A stretch of DNA of 64,000 bases from the human T2T-CHM13v2.0 reference genome, Homo sapiens (GCF_009914755.1 NC_060935.1), one strand, 5' to 3'; counted from the first letter of the stretch, positions 1 through 12,479 are shown. Translations and numbers: made by a program. Notes: generated from the sequence alone by a model not told the origin.

Positions 1-194
1 TATAACTTACAGTTTCAGATTGTTTGCTTCCTCAGCTACTGGTTTGTTAACAATGCCACAGTTAGACAGCCCAGGTTCCTATTAATACATACCGAGGTAT
101 GGATAGCTGTTCTCTGTCATAGGAAAAAATATGTAAGTTTTCCAAACCAACTCCTCTAAAGAAAGATGTGGAGACTTTGGCCAAAAGTCAAGTA

Positions 195-526
195 CAGTAT
201 TTCTTCCTCTGCTTATCTGCAAGGGATATGATCCAAGAACCCCCAGTGGATGCCTAAAAGTGTATACAGTATAGTATCAAACCCTATATATACTATGTTT
301 TTTCCTATCATATACACATATGATAAAGTTTAACTTATAAATTAGCCACAGTAAGAGATTAACAGCAAATAACTAATAATAAAATAGAACAATTATAAGA
401 ATATACTGTAATAAAGTTATGTGACTCTGTTCTCTGTCTCAAAATATCTCATTTTACAATACTTACCTATTTTCAAACTGCAGGTAACCATGGTTAACTG
501 AAACCACTGATAAGGGAGAACTACTG
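195..526 (-). mobile_element. MER44A-like Tigger7 (TcMar) MITE
   Basis: CAGTA... / ...TACTG termini flanked by TA at 193-194 and 527-528; interior matches recalled MER44A consensus in reverse. Confidence 0.8.
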
Positions 527-1325
527 TAACTGTGTTGATTAGTGGTATGCTAGAAGTGGAAAGAGAAGCAAAGGATAATTGGTGGAGCTGTAGAAAGGAT
601 TGACTTAAAAGTCTAGACTAACACTAAGGTAAGGAATACCATCAGAAAAGAGTTGAGGGGATTTGGAATCATCATTCTGATTCCGTAAGTTTTATGTTAG
701 TTGGACCTACTCTATAGATAAAGGAGGTCCCTGTGAAGCAAAATCTTGGGAGGTCATCAGATATGGAGAGTAATTAATACATTTGGAAATCTTAGCCAGT
801 ACCAAGGTTATTAAATTGGGCTACTAAATGCTGGAGACTGAATCCCTTTTACTGATTATTTGCTTTTTCATTATGATACCTAACTTTTCCCTCAGTAAAT
901 ATGTAATGAATTTCAGATGGTTCTCAACTTTCCAAAACCCAAAAAGTTCATCTGTGAAGGCCTAACTTTTACTTTAAGTATATATAAAATGCAAACACAT
1001 ACAATTGAATATAAAATAAAAAGAACGGTTTTAAAGTAGCATGTAAAAAATCCATTTTATTGATTTATAATCATATTACCTTCTTCATAAATAAAGATCC
1101 ATAAAGATGGATCCAAGATGGCATGCATCTGCAAGGGATGGAATTCCACAGATAAAACCAGAGCAAAAAGGTCCAAAAGGAAGGACTGAATGAAGACACA
1201 GCCTCATTAGCACAAAGAAATTCAACTCAACTCATTACATGTCGATTACCAATACCTATCTTTAGAGAGACAGTAAAATATAAACTAATTTACGTTAGTA
1301 AAATTGAACCAAATATATTTCTCAT

Positions 1326-1617
<292 letters not shown>

Positions 1618-3687
1618 CCTAATCATTTAAAATGCTCTAGGCTTGCTAATTCTTACTGTATCTAGTTTCTGGACCAGCATTTGCTCCAAATCCAACGCAG
1701 GAACTAAGTAACAACAGCACTTGCATCCTGATGACAGTCTTAGCTACATCTACCTGAGGCAAGAAACTAGAAAAACAGGATATATTGTGGGCTAAGATCA
1801 AAAGAACTGTTACAGAGGGCCTAGAAATATCTCATTCTACATTTGGCTACACTTTCCTACCTCTTCTTTTGCAGGATTACCTGACTTTAGCCTAACGCTA
1901 AACTATGACCTATTTCTAAGAGTATCTTTCTCTATACTGAAATTTCTGAATATTATGTATATATATGTAATATATAAATCAACAAAATTCACAGATTTTT
2001 AAGATTCTAAATTTAAATAGATACAGGTACACTGTACTATGGAATAACCTTTCCTTTTCTTGTATTCAAATAAGAAAACTTCAGTTGTCCCAAATATAGA
2101 TAGAAACTAAAAACAGTTAATTTAATAGTGATAGAGGAATATTCATAGAGACTAACATTGCAGACTAGGATTTATACTACAAAGATTTTTTAAAAAAACA
2201 TACAGTGTTTGAAATTAATGTATCTGACTGCCTTTCTCTAATGCTCCCGCTTCACCTGCAGCACATCAGACAAGGTAGTAATTTATGATAATCATATGAA
2301 AATATACAATTAATATTCACCACCTCTCATTCCTCATCACTTCAGACGATCAGTAATGCAGAGTGAAAATGCTGTCAGATTTCTAATTGCTTTGTAATGG
2401 GCTTGAAACAGGGAAATCATTAAAGGCAAACAATCTGTCATTTGTCTGTTACTTTAACTATCTATCACACCAAAAAACTCATTAAAGAAATTGCTAATGA
2501 GCTACAAAAGACTAGAGTCATGGTGCTTCTACAGTAGATTAAAAAGTAATACTATGAATTGCTGAAAGTATTTTAAAAATATGATATTTTGTGGAAATTC
2601 ATCAGAAAACATCTATTCTTCAGTATATTTTTTAAGATGTGTGGTTTCATTATTTTGGCATTTAATCCATCATTGCAGAAATCCCTTTAGCATACAAGAC
2701 CTGTTTTTCTCAGTCTCTAACTAATTAAACTGAAAGGTTGCAAGAAGCTGAAATGCTAAATGTGTTTATTACTAGTAAACTGACATAAGTAATAAAAAAC
2801 AGACTATAGTAACCCTGATGCTAAATGAAGAATGTATTTTAAAATCTGATTTTTACTTTCATATCTCTTGTGGATTTAAACTGTTGAAGTTGTAATGCTT
2901 AATCATCTTAAATAATGCTACCATCATACAAAAATTATATTCAATGACTGAATTTGAGCATAGTAATATTAAACTGTGTGTAATTATATATTAACTATTT
3001 TGAAATATTTGAAAATATTAACCAACACTAACATGTCTCATAATTTTACTTCATGTAATTTTAGGGGAGGAAATAAATCATTTCTTTAAGTGAGCACACA
3101 ACATTTTATATGTCTTTATGAATTCTACTCTTCCATATGAGATACTTAGCATTTAAAAACCTATAATAATGACACTAATCTTATTTTAAAACAAGAGTTA
3201 TTGCCTTATATTTTAGAAAAATATGCAAGTAACAAAGATAACAATGATACTAATTATGTTTTCCATTGCTAATGATGAATTAAGTCATGAATTTAATTTC
3301 CTATTACAAAAGATGAGGCTCATTAATAAAGTCAAACTTCTATGTATGCTGACCCATTCATACCTATTAGAATTCACACAAATTAAAAAACCTGAATGCA
3401 ATAACATGTTTAGCCAGGTGCCATAGTTAATATACACTAGTGAATTCCACACTTAACTTCAAAAGGTTCCATAACACCCTGGAAACATCTTCATTATACT
3501 CTCTAATTGACTTAAACAGACTTCAAATCAACTGTTTAACACATTTTAACCCACAAATTAACACCCCTTGATCATTCAGATTAACCTTTCTTCTGTAAGT
3601 CAATTACATGACAAAAATAAACTTTTCGAAAAAAATTCAGGATTAAAAAACTAAAATAGAGAAAGTAGCATGCTTTAAAAAACAGTA

Positions 3688-4093
3688 CAGCCAGTACCTG
3701 ACTTAGGATGGTTTGATTAACAATTTTTTGACTTTACATGGTGTGTATTCTACTGAATACATATTCAGAAGAAGCCATACTTTGAATTTTGATCTCTTCC
3801 CAGGCTAGTGATAGTTAGTAAAATAATTTCTCATGATGCTGGGCAGTGGCAGGGAGCAGCAGCTGCCAGTGAACCATGCACTCTCTGAGGGTAAACAACC
3901 AATACTCTATGGTGTAGTGTGTGCTACATGATTTTGCCCAACTGTAGGCTAAAGAAAGTGTTCTGAGCACAATTAAAGTAGGCTATGTTAAGCTATGATG
4001 TGCAGTAGGCTAGATGTATTAAGGCACTAATAATATTTTCAACTTAAAATGGGCTTATCAGAGATAATCCCATCACATGTCAAGGAGCTTCTG
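3688..4093 (-). mobile_element. MER47B-like Tigger5 MITE
   Basis: TA-CAG ... CTG-TA ends; interior GGGCAGTGGCAGGGAGCAGCAGCTGCCAGT and GATTTTGCCCAACTGTAGGCTAA match MER47 reverse complement. Confidence 0.75.
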
Positions 4094-4869
4094 TATATAA
4101 ATGCATATACCCACATGACTGGAAGAGATCACCACAAATTTCAGTGTAGTTGGAAAGTGCATAGAAAAACCAGAGTGGTGATAAGAAAAAAGAGAAAAGG
4201 GCAAACAAGTGAATGGGGGAAAAAACAAGTTGGTATTTGTATGACTATTAAAGATAAATAGAAGATGGATTACAGACAATATTTTTAATAGGCTCATGGA
4301 ATGATTAAAACATTAGATGTGAAGATAGGAAAACAGGAACATAAATCTCAGATAAGATAAAGACTTATAAGAGGTCTGAAAAAAGTTAGAAAGAACTGAC
4401 ACATAATGCTAAAAAACAAGAAAAACACAGCAACAAGTGTGGTGCCCGCAAAAAGTATTTACCTCTTCCTCTTTCTCTCCTGCTTAGTGTACTGCCTTGC
4501 ACAAACTCAACGAAAGTTCATCGATGATGACTATTGTCAAAATGGCAAAGCAGATAATAGACTGAGTTAAGACAACCAACAAAGGGAAAAATGAAAACCA
4601 TTTCTAAAAGATGAGCTAGGATTATTCATTAGAGCTGATTCTCAATACTATCTAAAGCTTTATGTTAATCTGTCAAAAAAAAAAAAAAGAAGAAAGGAAG
4701 TTTCTTTCATCCTAGTCATTCACCTCTCCCTTCCTTCAAAACACTATTTAAAACTTAACATTTCATACATCTTCCTGGATTAGCTTCATCTTGATTCAAG
4801 GATTTTAATCATTCAAGTAATCTATTCTACGTATTAGTATACCTGCAAGTTATTAATTAATGTCACAGC

Positions 4870-5062
4870 ACCTGGTATTTCCTCTGGCGTAGTACTTCCT
4901 ACAGTTATTTCAGTTCCTTTTTAAATGTCTGTTTACCCAGATAAACTAAGCTTTTGACAGGACTACAGTCAACTTTGTTTTGTGTCTCTTGTAACTAACG
5001 GAGTGTGGGGTACATAAGAGACACTCAACAAATATTTGTCGATTGAGTCAATAGGTGAATGA
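4870..5062 (+). mobile_element. L2 3' end fragment
   Basis: ...CTCAACAAATATTTGTCGATTGAG...TGAATGAA resembles the L2 tail; boundaries approximate. Confidence 0.55.
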
Positions 5063-5859
5063 AGGCTGTATATATATCATTGACTTTTAAAAATCAAATA
5101 ACTAGCTAGTTTTTGGTGGTTTTTCTATCTTCCCAGTAGATTATAAGTTGCTCTAGAGACAATCATTCAATTTTGGAACATAACCATCATATCCCATGGT
5201 ACTTAAATACAGCTTAGTTCACTGGTATAAAAATCCTAAAATTCAGAAATAAAAATCAAGGAAATGAAGGAATAGTTGGTGATGGAACTACCAAAAGAGC
5301 CAAGTAAATATAATCCTGAATAGGAAATAATTAGCAGAAGTACACTATATGTATACATCTATATAATATAGATATAGATTTCCATTATTATCCATCAATG
5401 AGAAGCACAATTGACTAGTATGACATCAAATTAAGAATTTGTGAATGTCTGGTAGACGTTAGTTTACGGGCAGGCGTGTACCAAAGTGATAGATTTAATA
5501 ACAATGTCATTTTTTCCTATCATCATGACAAAGGATCTTAAACTCCTGATGTATCTAGCTACATCTATAGCACTTGATCAATCATCTGGAAATCAAATAT
5601 TTAATATACGCCTACCTTGGTTATGTTAGATGCTGATGACGCAAACTAAAGTTTTGCCTATCCTTTTAATTTATTCTGAAGTCCAACCAAATGTACAGTT
5701 CAACAAATATTTGGGTTTGATTTTATTTTTCCAATTCAATTGTTTCTTGCTGTCATTTGCTCTCTTTGGAAATTCCTAAAATACTGTTATGAATGTCCAA
5801 CATTCTAATATATCAAATGTGCAACAAATATTATTAATTAATAATAACAACAATAGCTA

Positions 5860-6062
5860 ACCTTTACTGAATACTTATTACTTTCAGGCACAACTATCTC
5901 ATTTAATTCCCACAACAAATCTATGAGGGAAATACTATTATTACTCCCATATTACAGAGGAAGAAACCAAAGCAAAGAGATGAATTAAGTTCACATAGCC
6001 GTAAGAGGAAAAGCCTGGACTAAACACATATGTTCTGACTCTAGAGTTCATGCTTTTAACCA
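5860..6062 (-). mobile_element. MIR
   Basis: ATCTCATTTAATTCCCACAACAAATCTATGAG...TTACAGAGGAAGAAACC...CTGACTCTAGAGTTCATGCTTTTAACCA, reverse MIR core. Confidence 0.7.
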
Positions 6063-6478
6063 TGATACTAACATAGTTTATATTTCCACTATGTAAGTTT
6101 CACATAAAATGGATAAATTGCCTTTTAAATATAAGATACTGAGAAACAAAACTATTAGAGCTATGTATCATTAGAACTCCAGAGAATGAGGCAAGATAGC
6201 TGGTTCTTAGTTTCTCTGGAGAGGTGTTCTTGCTCTCAGAAAGCTTGCAACCCAACTGGGGAATCAGAATATATTCTAAGGAAAACAATATACTGTGATA
6301 TACAAAGGACTTGCTATGAAAGTTGAGGGGCGGCAGTAAGTTCTAAGGACCAGGCCATCATAAAAGGCTTGATGGAAGAGATAGGCCTTAAAGCAGGGAT
6401 TACTCTGATAGGAGGAAGAAAAGAATTAGGGTGTTATAAGTAAGGAGAAGCATTTGAACACAATTATTGATGAAATGC

Positions 6479-7286
<808 letters not shown>

Positions 7287-7417
7287 GTACCATGAAAAGA
7301 TCCAATTGTTTAAATGTTTAATGTATGGAGATAATAGGGGAGGTTGGAAAAGTAAGGATCATATTGAAGAGGTAACTTGAATGCTAGGTTAAGGAGTTAG
7401 GACTTTATTCTCTAGAC

Positions 7418-7634
7418 CTGCCCTGCTGGATACAGTAGCCACTAGTCACATGTGGCTACTGAGCATTTGAAATGTGCTAGTTCAAATTGAGGTGTGTTCG
7501 GGCACAATACATACCAGCTTTTGAAGACTTAGTAGGAGAAAAGAATGTAATGTATCGCCTTAATAATTTTTAGATTAATTAATTTTGTAGCTTGCACTTA
7601 CGGCTTACATTATATTTCTATTGGAAAGTACTGC
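7418..7634 (+). mobile_element. MER33 (hAT-Charlie) MITE, internally deleted
   Basis: GTAGCCACTAGTCACATGTGGCTACTGAGCATTTGAAATGTG...CATTATATTTCTATTGGA. Confidence 0.75.
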
Positions 7635-8780
7635 TCTATAAAATGAAAAATGAAGGAAGCTTAATGATCAGAAATTTATGTAAAAATTGTTTTAAGAAGT
7701 TTATTTTGGTATAAGCAGAGTGTAAGACAACTGTTCTCATTCAGTAAGCCAATGGCAAGTAAAGAAAAAAACAAGGTTCTAGTGAAGAAATGGGACTGCT
7801 ATAATTTAAAAGATATTTAAGAGACAGAACAGCTAAATGGAAAGTGTACATTTTGTCTGATTCTGAGTCAAGCAAACCAACCAGAAAAAGACATTTTCAA
7901 TTAACCGTGGAAATGTAAGTAAGGTCTAGATATTATGTGACAGTCCAATAATGACATTATGGAGATAAAAGAAAAAGTTGGTACATTTTAGGGATGCAAA
8001 CTAAAGTATGTAGAGATGAAATGACAAAATATTTGGTATTGCTGGGGAAAAAAACTATTTCTTACTTTCCAAACCCCAATAAATAAATAAGGTAACACAA
8101 TAACCTAATAAATAGTAAATCAAAATAAAATGCTTTTGCTGTAAAAAACAAAAAACCTGGAGTACCGGAGCATATCTACCTACACAAGGAAGAACCAAGC
8201 TGTGGACAGAAGGGAGTTTGAGGGCTAGAGATGTTCAAGGTGGCATCATTCTGACAGTACTGTTTAGAAAAGCATTCACCACACTACTTAATTCCATTGC
8301 TTTAGGTATTTTCATGAGGCCACACAAGAAAGTATGATGCAGCCAGGACTAAAACCAGATGCTCTTTGTATCTGCCTTTAAACATGACAAAACCCTGTGG
8401 AGAACCTAATCTATGCTTTCATCTTTAGATTTTTAAACTTGCTTGTTTCATTCAGTTATTCTTTATAGTTCATAACATCATTAAATAACTGATCATATTA
8501 GATTATTTTATTTATTCTGCTTAAGTTTATCTTGACTGCTTCTCAAACTCAGATTGGTAGAAGTTTAAAAAAGAAGGAAAGCAAAATCAAAGCAGTAACA
8601 ACAAAACCATTTTAACATCTCCAAGTGAAATTTATGTCATGCTGGCCAAAAATAAGATGTAGTTTTCACCTCCAGGTACAATGCTAGGAAGAGGTGTTAA
8701 TGTAAAGTAAGCAGCACAAAGAAGTAATAAAAGGAAACACAGGAATCAAGAAAGGGAGAAGAAAGAAAGGTGAGAAAAAC

Positions 8781-8807
8781 ACCACCACCACCACCACCAC
8801 CACCACC
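8781..8807 (+). repeat. (ACC)9 trinucleotide microsatellite
   Basis: Perfect ACC x9. Confidence 0.95.
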
Positions 8808-8914
8808 AGCAACAATAACAAACCCCAACAGTGCCCATATGCAGTGCCCCCTAACTGCTTCGAAGAAGAACAGTTCATTCTGCTTTTTTCTGTAAGCTTG
8901 AAAGATAGCATAGC

Positions 8915-9085
8915 TGCCCTGGGAATGTGTAGACTTGCTGAGTCCTTGTTCTGCCCCTACCCAACTAGCTGTTTGGCCTTGATCCTTGATTTCTTTCCTC
9001 ATCTATAAAGTGGGAATAATGGTACCTGCCTTACTTGTCTCACTGGGTTGAAATGAAAGCGAAGTGAAATAGCAAATGTGAAAGA
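8915..9085 (+). mobile_element. MIR
   Basis: TTTCCTCATCTATAAAGTGGGAATAAT MIR core. Confidence 0.6.
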
Positions 9086-9533
9086 ATTTTGGAACGTTTT
9101 TATGTTGTAAGTTGGTTGCTAAGGTCTAAAAGAAATATTAATAATTACGTCGAATATCTTCTGCAGAAAAAATTAAACCGACCCCATCCCCCGCACATCT
9201 AGCCCTACCTGGCATAGGTTTTAGTTCTTTTAATTTTCGAATTAGAACATTGTAAAGGAACTGTAGGGACGAGAGTGGCATCAGGTCTCCTCATCCTTCT
9301 CACATCCTTGCCCCCGCACCCCTCTCTCACCCCAGAGTTCAAGCACCAACCGAAAAGATTGAGAGTAGCTCAGGGTACGGTAAACGGAGGAAGCTTTGAA
9401 AAAGGCGGGGAAAGCCTGGGATGGCGAGGGGGTGCTCGCTGAGGAGGAGGAGAGAAGCGACAGTCGCGGGGCCCGGAAAAGAGAGACTTAGAGCGAAGCC
9501 AAAGGCGCCTTTCTTCACAGTTTGGGAACTTAC

Positions 9534-9647
9534 TGGTAGTAAACGCCACTCCATAGAAGCGGTGACCGGTTACCATAGAGACCGCGTCGGGGTGGGCGGA
9601 GCGTCGCTTCTGAGCTGTGCCACGGCCACATCAGCTCGGCCAGAAAC
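9534..9647 (-). other. DCDC1: DCDC1 non-coding exon 1 (5' end approximate)
   Basis: Minus-strand donor CCA|GTAAGT (intron starts at 9533) inside the CpG island. Gene identity rests on the known head-to-head arrangement of DCDC1 and DNAJC24; no DCDC1 coding sequence is in the window. Confidence 0.65.
9569..9582. promoter_or_regulatory. RFX X-box
   Basis: GTTACCATAGAGAC; reverse complement GTCTCTATGGTAAC fits RYYNYY-WW-RRNRAC. Confidence 0.7.
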
Positions 9648-9668
9648 GCGAACACGTCGGAACAGTGA

Positions 9669-9681
9669 CTTCCGGCGGAAG
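9669..9681. promoter_or_regulatory. Inverted pair of ETS/GABPA sites
   Basis: CTTCCG-G-CGGAAG, a perfect inverted repeat of CGGAAG. Confidence 0.7.
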
Positions 9682-9689
9682 AAGAAGCC

Positions 9690-9749
9690 GGTCCGGAGTT
9701 CTGGCCGACAGCAGGCGAGGAGTGGGTAGCAGCGCCTATGTGAAGTTAG
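9690..9749 (+). other. DNAJC24: DNAJC24 exon 1, 5' UTR (TSS approximate)
   Basis: Donor TAG|GTAGGT at 9749/9750 within the CpG island; next acceptor is at 10552. Confidence 0.75.
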
Positions 9750-10552
9750 GTAGGTCTGATGTCGTATAAAGCGCGGAGAGGGTGCCCGCCAATGGCTGGG
9801 TGGGTAAAGCCGACTGTGAATGGAGAAGATTCCCAAGTCCCGAGCTTGAGGAGGCCCCGGCTGTTTCGTTAAGTGTATATAGCTGTGGGAAGAGGTTGCC
9901 TGATTTCTGGGGCTCCTGGTAGGGTCTCTCTTCTGGAGCGTGGAAGACTGGGGCATCCTCGCGTAGAGAGTTTCACTCTGTCTTTGCGAGGTCTCAGCGC
10001 CTCTCCAATAACAGGGGACTCTTGTTCTCTACCAGCTGGTGCTGACGTTATTTCCCATATCATGCTCTCCAGACAATCTGGAGGAAAAGCAAACGAGAAA
10101 CTTTCAGAAGGAATGCCCCCAAATTTATTTTAATTCTTTGATGTTCTGTTTTGCTTTTTTTTTATTCGTTCATTTTGTAAATATTCATTAAGCTCCTCCA
10201 GCGTGTTTAGTGGGTGCTTACTTGTGTGCCAGTTTTATCATAAGACTAGCAGAAATACCTTCTTAGAGGTTCATACACCACCTGGTTCATTATAAAATTC
10301 TTTTTTTTAATGCTGTTCATTAATTAAAGTATAAATATATATCGTGAAATACCTAACACGTTTTCCATACTTGTCGGTACACTTATACCTGGAATTCTTG
10401 GGGCATTTTAAATGAAAATCTGTGCTTCCTCAGGTTTGCATTATAATCATGATTTACTCGACTAAATACTAAAGAATTTACAAGGGCAGTACTTAATTTT
10501 TTCTTAGATACATGGCAAACTGTGATGAATTGTCATTAATATTTCTATTCAG

Positions 10553-10585
10553 CTAATCTGAGAAGGCCCACTTCTGGTTCCATGG
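10553..10585 (+). other. DNAJC24: DNAJC24 exon 2, 5' UTR part
   Basis: Acceptor ATTTCTATTCAG|CTAATC at 10552/10553. Confidence 0.8.
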
Positions 10586-10696
10586 ATGATGGCGGTTGAG
10601 CAGATGCCAAAAAAGGATTGGTACAGCATCCTGGGAGCAGACCCATCTGCAAATATATCAGACCTAAAACAAAAATATCAAAAACTCATATTAATG
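10586..10696 (+). CDS. DNAJC24: DNAJC24/DPH4 coding exon (aa 1-37, J-domain helices I-II)
   Basis: MMAVEQMPKKDWYSILGADPSANISDLKQKYQKLILM carries the DnaJ DxYxILG signature; phase-0 donor ATG|GTAAGT at 10696/10697. Confidence 0.97.
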
Positions 10697-10859
10697 GTAA
10701 GTCTTTTCTTTCAGATTTTAAATCATGAGGGGAAAAAAATCAATTTTTATATGAAACCACAAATTTAGGTTTCCAGAAAATAGGATACCAGTGGCAGGAA
10801 TCCAGGTATTAATTTGATTTAATTGAACATTTCAGTAATATTGCAGAAAAACTTGATTT

Positions 10860-11030
10860 GAGGTGGAAAAGCATGGTTAGGAGCAGGAGATCTGAGTCAG
10901 GCTGCTTGAGTTAGAATCTTGAGTCCATCTTTATCTGTGAGAATTTGGACAAGTTACTTTTTCTTATATGTGCCAAGGGAGGATTAAATGAAATAATCCA
11001 TGTAAAATATTTAGAAGTGTTGTTACATAA
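10860..11030 (+). mobile_element. MIR
   Basis: GGTTAGGAGCAGGAGATCTGAGTCAGGCTGCTTGAGTTAGAATC...GAGGATTAAATGAAATAATCCATGTAAA. Confidence 0.65.
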
Positions 11031-11034
11031 TAAA

Positions 11035-11616
11035 CAACAGTAGCTACTAGCCACATGTGGCTGTTGATTACTTGAAGTGTGGCTAGCCTGACTTGAGATG
11101 GACTGTAAGGGTAAAATATACACTGGATTTTAAAGACAGTATTTAAAAGGAATTAAAATAATTTAACAATTTTTATGTTGATTATGTTGATTAAAGTTCA
11201 CTGGTTTTATTTTTCCTCTACTGTGTCCATCTGCTGATAAACTTCTTAAAAGAATTCTTGATCTCTTACCTAATTTTCATATCTAGCATTTCTACTGGCT
11301 CCTTTTTTAAAGTTTCTATCTCTTTCTCATCTTTTTATACATACTGTCCACTGTTTCTACTATATCCTTTAATAAACTTATCACAGTTAAACTCCCTGTC
11401 TGATAATTCTTTGTAGTTAATAATCAAACAGTTTTTATGTGGATTATATATTGAAATGATGATATTTTGGATTACTGGCTATTTTGTGTTTTATATACAT
11501 AATATGCATGCATGTATTTGCACATATCAAAGTTTGTTTCTCTTGCATTTTACTTTTTTAACATTGCATATGTAGCCGGCATTTATACTTACATTATATT
11601 TCTATTGGGTAATGCT
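11035..11616 (+). mobile_element. MER33 split by a ~240-bp insertion
   Basis: 5' half GTAGCTACTAGCCACATGTGGCTG...; 3' half TTGAAATGATGATATTTTGGAT...CATTATATTTCTATTGG. Confidence 0.7.
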
Positions 11617-11651
11617 GATTTAGACCATTTATACACTAATTATCAGTTGAC

Positions 11652-11959
<308 letters not shown>

Positions 11960-12479
11960 GACTCTTTTTTTTTTAAATGAATTGTAGTATTTGTAAATAT
12001 ATCTCTGAATTTTTATATTCATTTTTTCAATCTGTATTGTGATGCTTCTTAAGCCAATGTCTGTAATTCTATACCGACGTCCGGTTAACTCAGTTTATAA
12101 AGAGTAAAGAACCATTATTTATATAGAATTTGTTGTCTCTTTAGTTTATACCAGTTACATCAGTGTTGTTTTGCCAAAACTATTAATGTTCATTGTGAGA
12201 GACTAACTGTTTCATCATCAGGATTGTACTAATATTCTTACTTTAGGTAGTATGTTGGACTAAATGACCTTAAGGTACCTTTTGCCCCAGAAGTTTTAAA
12301 GTTTCTGTCAGCAGAATCAAGTAGACTTTATTGAAAAATATCCTAATATTAAACCATCCTTGTACCTCACTCAGTTAATTGGGAAATGAACCTGGAAAAG
12401 TAGACTGGATCATTCTGGTTCTTGTAGGCCATGCTGGCCTTTAATTGGCCACTGAGAAGCAGTCTGCACATAATATGTA

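Larger units (their letters stand above)
9375..10000. promoter_or_regulatory. CpG island / bidirectional promoter of DNAJC24 (+) and DCDC1 (-)
   Basis: Sharp rise in GC and CpG in AT-rich surroundings. GC box GGGCGG at 9594-9599, inverted ETS pair at 9669-9681, CCAAT at 9789-9793, and divergent splice donors at 9533 (-) and 9750 (+). Confidence 0.9.

Noticed and set aside
9765-9770. TATAAA as the DNAJC24 TATA box
   Set aside because: It lies downstream of the exon 1 donor, in intron 1.
9339-10133. Overlapping ORFs in the CpG island
   Set aside because: Expected from stop-codon scarcity in GC-rich DNA; they cross splice donors and show no homology I recognise.
10632-10650. H-type pseudoknot UGGG/CCCA plus GCAGA/UCUGC
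   Set aside because: Loop 3 would be 0 nt, which is sterically implausible.
10697-10768. C-terminal part of the 60-aa ORF 10586-10768
   Set aside because: Read-through past the consensus GTAAGT donor; the J-domain continues in exon 3.
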